DNA of 64,000 bases, from positions 1-64,000 of IMG/VR virus record IMGVR_UViG_3300026549_000048. The stretch is one strand, 5' to 3'. The notes beneath the pieces are model-generated. The model made no database searches, was not told the DNA's origin, and worked only from the letters and a program-made list of their open reading frames with translations. Shown piece by piece: positions 1-7,322 of the stretch (positions within the stretch are counted from its first letter, which is position 1; every line of letters begins with the position of its first letter). The stretch is from a virus (Duplodnaviria > Caudoviricetes). The translations under genes were made by a program, and so were the position numbers.

Positions 1-126
1 ACTACACCTACTACACCTACTACACCTACTACACCTACTACACCTACTACACCTACTACACCTACTACACCTACTACACCTACTACACCTACTACACCTA
101 CTACACCTACTACACCTACTACACCT
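1..126. repeat. Perfect 9-bp tandem repeat (ACTACACCT)x14, running off the window start
   Basis: Fourteen exact copies are read directly from 1-126, followed by a degenerate ATTACTACATAT. Confidence 0.98.
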
Positions 127-235
127 ATTACTACATATTTACGGCGGCGAGTAAAATAAGCACAAAACCCACTCGGTCGACCAGAGCTTTGGTACATTGC
201 TCACAAAAATTTTTCATTTTTAACCTATACGAACT

Positions 236-274
236 TCAAACCGAAATCTTTATATATTGGCTGTTACATAATAA
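236..274 (+). promoter_or_regulatory. Archaeal promoter (BRE CCGAAA + TATA TTTATATA at 249-256)
   Basis: TCAAACCGAAATCTTTATATATTGG; an identical 25-bp copy lies on the minus strand at 1999-2023. Confidence 0.85.
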
Positions 275-277
275 TGT

Positions 278-598
278 ATGCAATTACAAAATTGCAAAAA
301 AGAGGTAGATATTATGAACTCAGATAATGAAATAAAAAATGTAATTAATCATATTGAATTAGGTGTAGTAAAATCTTTTGTTGAAGAAATTAGAGAAGAG
401 GAAATAAGCTTGGATAACGATTTGTTATTAAGTTACCTCCCATGTATCTTTAAATTTGCTGAACAGGTTGATCTCATTAAAGCAATTGGAATTAAAGCAT
501 TTGCGGAAGATCGTGATAAATGTTTAGCAATCAATGATTTTTGCGCTTTAATCAAAGATATGACCGAAAAAGGAGACGTAATCTTACATTCTCAATAA
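278..598 (+). CDS. Hypothetical protein (leaderless start at 278, or SD-led start at 314)
   Basis: ORF downstream of the TATA box; GAGGT precedes ATG314; followed by a hairpin and T-run. Confidence 0.7.
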   Translation: MQLQNCKKEVDIMNSDNEIKNVINHIELGVVKSFVEEIREEEISLDNDLLLSYLPCIFKFAEQVDLIKAIGIKAFAEDRDKCLAINDFCALIKDMTEKGDVILHSQ

Positions 599-633
599 TG
601 ATGATCATATAAATTCATCATTATCTTTTTTTT
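597..633 (+). terminator. Hairpin plus oligo-T between convergent genes
   Basis: AATGATGA/TCATCATT stem (597-622) followed by a T8 run. Confidence 0.5.
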
Positions 634-751
634 CTTCTGTTTTTAATTGAACAACTTCGCGCTTACAGACTGGACAAATCCACTTTTCTACTACAATACC
701 ATTACGTTGAAATTCCATAAACGCGCCACACATAACACATCGTTTTATCAT
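605..751 (-). CDS. 48-aa Zn-ribbon microprotein (not in the ORF track)
   Basis: MIKRCVMCGAFMEFQRNGIVVEKWICPVCKREVVQLKTEEKKDNDEFI*; CxxC...CPxC; AGGTGA SD just upstream. Confidence 0.8.
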   Translation of the reverse strand: MIKRCVMCGAFMEFQRNGIVVEKWICPVCKREVVQLKTEEKKDNDEFI

Positions 752-960
752 TAAATCACCTAATTTTAATAATATTCAATGGTTTTTGCTTCCAGTTATT
801 AAGAGTTTTTTTAAAAAAAAAGAGACAAAAACAAAATGATCTTTGCCTCTTTGGTTGTGGTGAATTCTATGAAAAAATTAGTTTCCCTTCAGGGGCACAC
901 TCGCACCCCTTACGAAGCGAGAATTTATCTCATGGATTTAATGGGTATTCGCTACCCAAA

Positions 961-1031
961 CGAACTCGAGGGGAATCGAACCCCCATCGCAAGCTCCGAA
1001 GGCTTGTGTGCTTCCATTACACCACGAGTTC
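961..1031 (-). tRNA. tRNA-Arg(UCG)
   Basis: Acceptor stem GAACTCG/CGAGTTC; anticodon arm CAAGC-CTTCGGA-GCTTG; T-loop TTCGATT; no encoded CCA. Confidence 0.92.
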
Positions 1032-1118
1032 AACCTTCATCTTGCGACAAAGGTTTTCATTGATATTAAAGGAAGGTTACAAAGTATGAAACAACTTTGT
1101 TATGGGTAAAAACCCAAA

Positions 1119-1193
1119 TGGGCACGACAGGATTTGAACCTGCGATGTTCTGGTCTGGAGCCAGACAGAATAGCCTAACTATCTTACGCACCC
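1119..1193 (-). tRNA. tRNA-Trp(CCA), intronless
   Basis: Acceptor stem GGGTGCG/CGTGCCC plus A73; anticodon arm TCTGG-CTCCAGA-CCAGA; T-loop TTCAAAT. Confidence 0.9.
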
Positions 1194-1200
1194 AAACGGT

Positions 1201-1250
1201 AACTGAAGTGCAACCACTCCATCAACAAACACTCTTGCTGCACTTCAGTT
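1201..1250 (-). ncRNA. 12-bp perfect stem with 26-nt loop, candidate small RNA between tRNAs
   Basis: AACTGAAGTGCA (1201-1212) pairs with TGCACTTCAGTT (1239-1250). Confidence 0.45.
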
Positions 1251-1296
1251 TGTATTCGCATAGGAATTGATTATATGTCAGCACCAAGAGGTGCAA

Positions 1297-1371
1297 AGCC
1301 CTATTCCCAGATTCGAACTGGGGTAGAATCGGTTCAGAACCGATAGCGTAACCACTCCGCCAAATAGGGCT
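1297..1371 (-). tRNA. tRNA with CUG (Gln) anticodon and an atypical extended acceptor stem
   Basis: Anticodon arm ATCGG-TTCTGAA-CCGAT; T-arm CCCAG-TTCGAAT-CTGGG; the acceptor stem can pair 9 bp (AGCCCTATT/AATAGGGCT). Confidence 0.85.
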
Positions 1372-1446
1372 CGGAGGGGAACCCCCCTCCAGGATATTAT
1401 TAGCACTTTCAAAGGAGGTGAAAGAAACTATAACTTATTTAACTGC

Positions 1447-1541
1447 GAGTGTTTTTAACGAGGTTGGGGGCTCAGCCCTCATAGAGTTGATATTTTATTT
1501 GAACGAAGAGTGTTTTTAACGAGGTTGGGGTCTCAACCCTC
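1447..1541. repeat. 34-bp direct repeat, 2 copies (1447-1480, 1508-1541), 32/34 identical
   Basis: GAGTGTTTTTAACGAGGTTGGGG(G/T)CTCA(G/A)CCCTC, 61-bp period. Confidence 0.95.
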
Positions 1542-1583
1542 CATGAAATATATTTGGAGGCAATAAATCATGAATATTGCCAA

Positions 1584-1655
1584 AGTCATAGGGCGGAATC
1601 GAACCACCATTTTCTGCTTACGAGGCAGATGTAATAGCCATTATACTACTATAAC
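1584..1655 (-). tRNA. tRNA-Thr(CGU)
   Basis: Acceptor stem GTTATAG/CTATGAC plus U73; anticodon arm TCTGC-CTCGTAA-GCAGA; T-loop TTCGATT. Confidence 0.92.
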
Positions 1656-1659
1656 AACG

Positions 1660-1985
1660 GGGAAAAAGGGGGAATCACCCCCTTCATCTAATTCGTGTTT
1701 CTTCGAACAGTTAAGTCTAGGTTTTATTATGAATAGATTCGGCTTCCCAAGGATAGCTCCTGTAAGGAAGCCATATGAATAAGGGGTGTTCCCCAACACC
1801 CCAAAATCACCTAACCGCAATGACCCATAGGGGTTAAAAACCAACAACCATCACCATAAAGAATCAAAAAAGACCCTATGGATCATTCATGTTTGTTTTC
1901 CCATTTAACGTGTTTTTATTATGTACTTCAAAGTGTGTGACTTGGAAATACTATGCCTCAATGACGACTTCCCAGTCACATTACT
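1660..1985 (-). ncRNA. Structured ~320-nt leader or ncRNA upstream of the tRNA cluster
   Basis: Five GC-rich hairpins (1666-1684, 1741-1772, 1783-1802, 1819-1887, 1936-1980) in an AT-rich genome, starting about 25 nt downstream of a TATA box. Confidence 0.6.
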
Positions 1986-2023
1986 TATTATGTATGAACC
2001 AATATATAAAGATTTCGGTTTGA
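1985..2023 (-). promoter_or_regulatory. Archaeal promoter driving the ncRNA/tRNA cluster
   Basis: The reverse complement reads TCAAACCGAAATCTTTATATATTGG..TACATAATAA, matching the promoter at 236-274. Confidence 0.85.
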
Positions 2024-2027
2024 TTTT

Positions 2028-3116
2028 TCAGGATTTGTATTTTAACTGTAAAATTTTCTGAAATTCTTTTATATCAAAATTGTCCAACCAGACCCTCTCT
2101 ATTTTTCTTTCTTCAAATGGGTTTATGACTCCTTCATCTCCCTCTAAAGTATAAAAGGTAGGCTGACTTGATCCGCGAAGATTTGCAACAAGCTCTCCTT
2201 TATTCTTGAAACAATAAACCAAGCTTGTTTTTGACCAGTTGAACCATCTGTTTTCAAAAAAGTCTTCTCGACACCCTCTAACCAATAATCCATTTGTTGA
2301 ATTAGCCTTCAATAGTTTACCAGCCTCTAAAACACTACGCCAACTCCACGCCTTAATAAATGGAGCCACTTCATATTCGGTGCATTTATATCCAAATTTT
2401 AATCTATTTTCAAGGGGCAAATCAGTAAACCATGTGTCATTAATTTTAATCACATCAATGATTTTGTTGTTTGACACTAAAAATAACCCCTCTCCATATC
2501 CATGACATTCTGCTTTTTCAACCTTTATGTCACGATGATGTTCCATTACAATGAAAGGTGCAATCATTCCATCACATAATCTCCATATATGTGGAATCCT
2601 AATAGGTTTCTCATCATTCAATGAAATGATACTTTCGGTGGCTGTCTTGATACTTTTTCTGCTGTTTTTTAAATCTGGTTTTGCCCTATTGAATACAAAA
2701 CCATTTCCGTTAAGAATTTGATTAAACACATCAAAAGCATCGTGCTGATTTTCATAAACGTGAACGGCCTTAGTGTAATCGAACCAAAATCCTCTGTACA
2801 ATAATTTTAAAATTTCAAAAAAACTAAATTGACCTTGATATGTAATGCAATCAATACGATTCTCATTTGCCTGTCCTTCAAACACCTCTTTACAAGTTAA
2901 ATCCATATCGAATTTTAAATCAGGATTATAATAATCAGAACATAACAAGGCAAAGCCGTAGGGATCGCACATATCATGGTAAAAATTAGGATATTTACCT
3001 TGTCTTACTTTGTCGTAAAAAGAATTAAATAGCTCAAGAAAAGTGCGCACATTTTGAGTAACGCCTCTTCTTTCTTTATGGATTGAGCCTCTTAATAGAT
3101 AACTATCTTTTAACAT
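2028..3116 (-). CDS. Hypothetical protein; C-terminal half resembles a degenerate ATP-dependent ligase adenylation domain
   Basis: IIDVIKINDTWFTDLPLENRL resembles motif IIIa/PLxER; NGLLVR resembles EGxVxK; RWFNWSK resembles WxKxK; no KxDG. Confidence 0.5.
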   Translation of the reverse strand: MLKDSYLLRGSIHKERRGVTQNVRTFLELFNSFYDKVRQGKYPNFYHDMCDPYGFALLCSDYYNPDLKFDMDLTCKEVFEGQANENRIDCITYQGQFSFFEILKLLYRGFWFDYTKAVHVYENQHDAFDVFNQILNGNGFVFNRAKPDLKNSRKSIKTATESIISLNDEKPIRIPHIWRLCDGMIAPFIVMEHHRDIKVEKAECHGYGEGLFLVSNNKIIDVIKINDTWFTDLPLENRLKFGYKCTEYEVAPFIKAWSWRSVLEAGKLLKANSTNGLLVRGCREDFFENRWFNWSKTSLVYCFKNKGELVANLRGSSQPTFYTLEGDEGVINPFEERKIERVWLDNFDIKEFQKILQLKYKS

Positions 3117-3306
3117 TTATATCGCCCTCTAAAATTTGAAGTAAAAGCCTTGCTACTTTAATATCATCTATAGTAGCTTGACATTCGGCTAAACTTCGTC
3201 CAATAATTTTAGCACAGCGATTAGTTCTTCCACTTTTATGATATGCGTAGCAATACTTAACCAATGATTTCAGTTTTTCATCATCATTCATCTTCATTTT
3301 TATCAC
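3103..3306 (-). CDS. Small hypothetical protein
   Basis: Overlaps both neighbours within the operon. Confidence 0.6.
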   Translation of the reverse strand: MIKMKMNDDEKLKSLVKYCYAYHKSGRTNRCAKIIGRSLAECQATIDDIKVARLLLQILEGDINVKR

Positions 3307-3973
3307 AATGTGGGCAAAATACTAAACATCCTTTTTGCTTTTTGTCTTTGGAGCCAACTCCATGAATGGAAAAGAATTTACTGATTTTACGTGGAGTGAC
3401 CCTTAATTGACCGCTAACATCATATCTATTAAGCATACGATCCATTAATTGATCTGCCGTGAGACACACTTCATCTAAATACAGTATTCTTAATGCCGTC
3501 CAATAATAATCATCATATCTTGCAATAGCTCTATGAAAATAATCATTATTGAACAAATCAAAATTACCTAATCTGTTTGAAATGGTGTTGCGTTCCAATC
3601 CAAGTATTTTTACCCAAAATTGGACATCTTCATGGAAACAATACAATAAACAAATGTCTTCTGTATAGACCTTTGTCTTTTTATGTCTTCCTTTCTTGTT
3701 TTGCAAGTCATTGAAAACATTGTAACCATTCTTAGGATTAAGTAGTTCTTCATTGTTTATTAATCTATCGAAATCTTCAATGCAATCATCACTTTCAATG
3801 GTATAGAACTCAAAATTATACCTGAACCAATCTTTTTGCAATAATTTATTATAATGTTTATTGTCGTCAAGGGCTCTATATAAAAATTGTTTTAACACCT
3901 TTTCTTCTAAATTTGTTTTCCCAATGAATTTTTTATTGTTTTTTTTATTAACGAGAGCATATAAGTAGCCCAT
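3284..3973 (-). CDS. GIY-YIG-domain protein (degenerate) with C-terminal HTH-like region and CxxC
   Basis: GYLY...FIGKT, HYNKLLQKDW, NGYN; AGGTGA SD; ends CPHC. Confidence 0.7.
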   Translation of the reverse strand: MGYLYALVNKKNNKKFIGKTNLEEKVLKQFLYRALDDNKHYNKLLQKDWFRYNFEFYTIESDDCIEDFDRLINNEELLNPKNGYNVFNDLQNKKGRHKKTKVYTEDICLLYCFHEDVQFWVKILGLERNTISNRLGNFDLFNNDYFHRAIARYDDYYWTALRILYLDEVCLTADQLMDRMLNRYDVSGQLRVTPRKISKFFSIHGVGSKDKKQKGCLVFCPHCDKNEDE

Positions 3974-3981
3974 TATATCAC

Positions 3982-5304
3982 CTATCTATCGCCAGCAGTT
4001 GACTTTTTTGAACTGTCTTTTGATTTATCAGGGTCGCTTCCATCTCGCTTTTTAGGTTCATCTACTTTTGTTTTTTGAGAAGTAGGGTCAGTTTGATTAC
4101 CATTTCCCGTCTCATATTGAATACTTCTCACTTTAAATATCTCCTTCAATTCATCGGTAACCCCTGGAGCAGCACCTCTATATCCAAGTTCTAATCTTGC
4201 CTCATTTGGAGTAATAAAACCCATTTCTACAGAAGTTTTAACTTCAATGATTTTATCACTTGGCAGTTCGGTTGTTGCTCTTGGAAATGCAATATAAACG
4301 TTATGATAATCTTTTCCTCTTTCATATCCTTTTTTGCTTAAAAATGGAATATAATATTCTTCTGCAAGATAATCATTTAATATCGCCCTATATTTATTGA
4401 CTTTAATCATAAATACAGCGGCCTGAGTTTTACCACCGCTAAGGTTACTGATTTGACCACCCATTAAGGATTCAGGCACACCTAACATACCCAAATCTTT
4501 CCTTGAAGCATCTAAAATATTAATTAAATGCCCAATATCATTTGCAAAACTTAATGTACGTGGTTCAATACGTGAATCAAGAACTAAATCATCTCCAGCA
4601 GCAAGCTGATGATGCAATGTTCTTTCAATTCTTTTTAAAAATGTATCTTGATTTTGTGTTTGAACATCGGTTACATCTACAGCCCATTGAACGATTGGGA
4701 TTGCATAACGATTAAGCACTTCTGCTAAATCTCGCCTATTATTTAAAAATTCAACTAATGTATCCTGCAATGAGTTAACAAAACTATTACCATATAGCTC
4801 ACCGATATTTGGATCATGAGCATAAATTTTAATATCATCTGGGGGTATATGCAAAGTCTGATTATTGTAAGAGTAAGTCCAGTATTCTATCATTCCATAA
4901 TTTGGATGTCCAAGATCATAAAATTTTGGCTGTACATCTCCAGGATGTAATAAAAAGATTTCCTCTGGATCTCCGTCCTCATCTACATTACCACAATAAT
5001 CTAATGCGGTTCCATGTAATAAATACCATTTTTCAAGCTCTGCTAAATGAGTACGATTGATAACCTGACTGATTTTTCTGCATTCCTGTTCCAATTCAGG
5101 CATACGTTTTCCATCTAATCCTTCAACCGTTAATGTAAAATAAGGTGGAATAATATTTGCAATTAATGTTTGTATGATAGAATTAAGTACAGTTCTTTGA
5201 TATAAACCTTCAATGATAGTATAAGTTAATCGAATTGGGGCATATGGATTTCCATATAATCGACTTGATGGACGATGTTTTCTAATCATAATTTTTTGCG
5301 TCAT
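3982..5304 (-). CDS. Portal protein
   Basis: Directly after TerL; YLLHGTA, YGNS, LGVPESLMG and GFITPNEARLELG portal motifs. Confidence 0.9.
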   Translation of the reverse strand: MTQKIMIRKHRPSSRLYGNPYAPIRLTYTIIEGLYQRTVLNSIIQTLIANIIPPYFTLTVEGLDGKRMPELEQECRKISQVINRTHLAELEKWYLLHGTALDYCGNVDEDGDPEEIFLLHPGDVQPKFYDLGHPNYGMIEYWTYSYNNQTLHIPPDDIKIYAHDPNIGELYGNSFVNSLQDTLVEFLNNRRDLAEVLNRYAIPIVQWAVDVTDVQTQNQDTFLKRIERTLHHQLAAGDDLVLDSRIEPRTLSFANDIGHLINILDASRKDLGMLGVPESLMGGQISNLSGGKTQAAVFMIKVNKYRAILNDYLAEEYYIPFLSKKGYERGKDYHNVYIAFPRATTELPSDKIIEVKTSVEMGFITPNEARLELGYRGAAPGVTDELKEIFKVRSIQYETGNGNQTDPTSQKTKVDEPKKRDGSDPDKSKDSSKKSTAGDR

Positions 5305-5307
5305 ATT

Positions 5308-6810
5308 TTATCCTCGTTTATTATAATTTTTAGGTTTGTATGTACTATCATTAAATATGTTCATTCCCAATCCACCTATATAATATGGAGTTATTCTTTT
5401 TGGGCCGTCCTCAAGATATTTTGTGATAGCCATATTACATAATGTAAATGAATCGATAAAGTCATCGGATTCTCCTTTTTTATATACAGTTCTATCATTA
5501 TCAGTTGTTTCCCTAATATACTCACTCATTTCTTTGTTTAGCTTTTTGTGTGGGTAATATGTAACAAAACGACTTTCTAAATTATTAATGGTATTTTCTA
5601 CAAGATTAACCTTTTGAGGTTGTGAAAAGATAATATCATATATTGAAAATGGAGCCGCTCGATCAATCTGCTCAGCAATTGCCTGTCCGACTCCAGTTGC
5701 ATCAATACAAAGAGCTTGAAGTTGTGGAAATCGTAATGGTAATATCTGATTAATGTAATGCGTAATTGTTTGATATTTTGTTCCTAATTCCCAATATTTG
5801 TAATACAATATTTCCCAATTGTTTGTTCGAGTATCTTGCACCCCAACAGTTAAAACAGAATTGTTTCTTCTTTTACCAAAATCAATACCAGCGCATGCGA
5901 TACGAGTATCCTCAAAAAAGCGTGGTTCTTTTCTGATTCCAGCCATATCACGTAATCCTGCATAAAATGGAATACTAATATCATCTACAAAATCCAAACA
6001 AAATTCTCGTCTGAATTTTTCTATTCCTATAGTATTTCTAATGGTTTCAAGCTCAGAAATTGGCAATCTATGAGGGGCTCGAGAATATAATATATTACCG
6101 TCTTCGTCCATATCAGTAATTTGAAATCTATGCAAACTATAATCCCCATTATTTGGACATGGCTTTGCCTTTCCGTTATTAACATAGCATTCCCTAATGC
6201 TTTTTGCATTTTTAATATTCTCATAGAAAAATCCAGTTTTTCCTCTTGGTGTTCCACTAAAAACCATTTCTGCCTGACCTAATTGCCCAGTAACAGCAGG
6301 AATAATTGTAGCCAAAGCATCGGCATCTAAAGATTGACATTCATCTAAATATAATGTGTTAAAACCACTTCCAACTAAAGCTGAGTCCTCTTTTTTACCA
6401 GATTGAGCTCCAGCTGTAGCGAACTTAATTCTTGTTCCATTTGTAAGTTCTTTACTCATTTTATTTAATGTTTCAAAACTTGATTGTAGCAAACTACTTC
6501 TTTTGACAATCCCATCGAATGTTGTAGCGAATTCTTTTGCCTGATCCCCAGTTGGAGCAACAAGAGTAAGTAATTGGTTTTTTCTAAAAAATGATTTATG
6601 TAAAATGTCTGCAACCATAACCAATGTTTTGCCGCTACGACGGGAACAAAATAAAATTTTATATGGACTTTGATCTCGTAAAAATAATTTTTGTTGAGGT
6701 TCTAATTTATATTTTTTTCCTTCTTGGTTGTAGCAAAAATTTTCTATAAAAAAAACTGGATCTTTTTTGGCTTTTAAAAGAGTTAATTTAAGTTTTTTAT
6801 CGTTTTCCAT
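5308..6810 (-). CDS. terL: Terminase large subunit
   Basis: Walker A SRRSGKT, Walker B LYLDE, SGTP coupling motif, nuclease GIDFG...DDFIDS. Confidence 0.96.
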   Translation of the reverse strand: MENDKKLKLTLLKAKKDPVFFIENFCYNQEGKKYKLEPQQKLFLRDQSPYKILFCSRRSGKTLVMVADILHKSFFRKNQLLTLVAPTGDQAKEFATTFDGIVKRSSLLQSSFETLNKMSKELTNGTRIKFATAGAQSGKKEDSALVGSGFNTLYLDECQSLDADALATIIPAVTGQLGQAEMVFSGTPRGKTGFFYENIKNAKSIRECYVNNGKAKPCPNNGDYSLHRFQITDMDEDGNILYSRAPHRLPISELETIRNTIGIEKFRREFCLDFVDDISIPFYAGLRDMAGIRKEPRFFEDTRIACAGIDFGKRRNNSVLTVGVQDTRTNNWEILYYKYWELGTKYQTITHYINQILPLRFPQLQALCIDATGVGQAIAEQIDRAAPFSIYDIIFSQPQKVNLVENTINNLESRFVTYYPHKKLNKEMSEYIRETTDNDRTVYKKGESDDFIDSFTLCNMAITKYLEDGPKRITPYYIGGLGMNIFNDSTYKPKNYNKRG

Positions 6811-6811
6811 A

Positions 6812-7282
6812 TTATAATTCCTTCAAGAACGCTTCAATATCCTCATTTGATAGATCGTCCTCGATATTTACTTGTGATTCCGTTTCATAATCATCGTCTG
6901 GTTGTATTTTTCTATACTCATCAATATTTGAGTTATCATTAAAACCATTGGAAGTGTTGTAACCTATATTCGGATCTGTTGTTCCATATAAATCAATATA
7001 ATGAGCCTCAACAAGCATTAAGTCTTCTTCTGGGACGTTATCAGCTAAAATAGCTACATCAAATGCTTGTTTTCCATGTTTTCTAATACCCCTTGATAAA
7101 CAGTAATTATATGTAGGACTATCTTTAGTAAAAGCTTCTCTTATATGTTCCTGAAACCTTCTTCTTACTATTTGATAGGGCTCCTTTTCATCACTATCAT
7201 TTCTAATGGTTTTACCGATATAGTATTTTCCGTTGGCAAAATTTTTGATAATATAGATACAACCATTGTTATTTTCTTCCAT
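6812..7282 (-). CDS. GIY-YIG endonuclease with acidic C-terminal tail, directly upstream of TerL
   Basis: GCIY...YYIGKT, RRRFQEH, EAHYI, GYN: catalytic residues appear intact. Confidence 0.88.
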   Translation of the reverse strand: MEENNNGCIYIIKNFANGKYYIGKTIRNDSDEKEPYQIVRRRFQEHIREAFTKDSPTYNYCLSRGIRKHGKQAFDVAILADNVPEEDLMLVEAHYIDLYGTTDPNIGYNTSNGFNDNSNIDEYRKIQPDDDYETESQVNIEDDLSNEDIEAFLKEL

Positions 7283-7299
7283 AAACGTGTATAGTATAG

Positions 7300-7322
7300 T
7301 AAAACTATATAAATCTTTCGTA
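7300..7322 (-). promoter_or_regulatory. Archaeal promoter for the packaging operon (leaderless start)
   Basis: CGAAAGA-TTTATATA (7320-7306), about 24 nt upstream of ATG7282, with no SD. Confidence 0.75.

Noticed and set aside
361-369. Single reverse-complement copy of the 9-bp repeat unit inside ORF 278-598
   Set aside because: One 9-mer match in a coding region is compatible with chance.
1447-1541. 34-bp repeat as a mini-CRISPR array
   Set aside because: Only two imperfect copies with a 27-bp spacer, and no resemblance to the Methanobacteriales repeats I know; not excluded without a repeat-database search.
1447-1541. preQ1-I riboswitch, pistol or twister ribozyme
   Set aside because: The stem plus A-rich tail is superficially similar, but the conserved loop and catalytic nucleotides do not match.
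880-1583. HDV-like theta ribozymes at tRNA 3' ends
   Set aside because: The trailers form simple hairpins; no nested double-pseudoknot pattern is evident.
836-1847. ORFs 836-1063, 1570-1782 and 1641-1847
   Set aside because: They overlap tRNAs or hairpins, have atypical composition and likely arise from locally higher GC.
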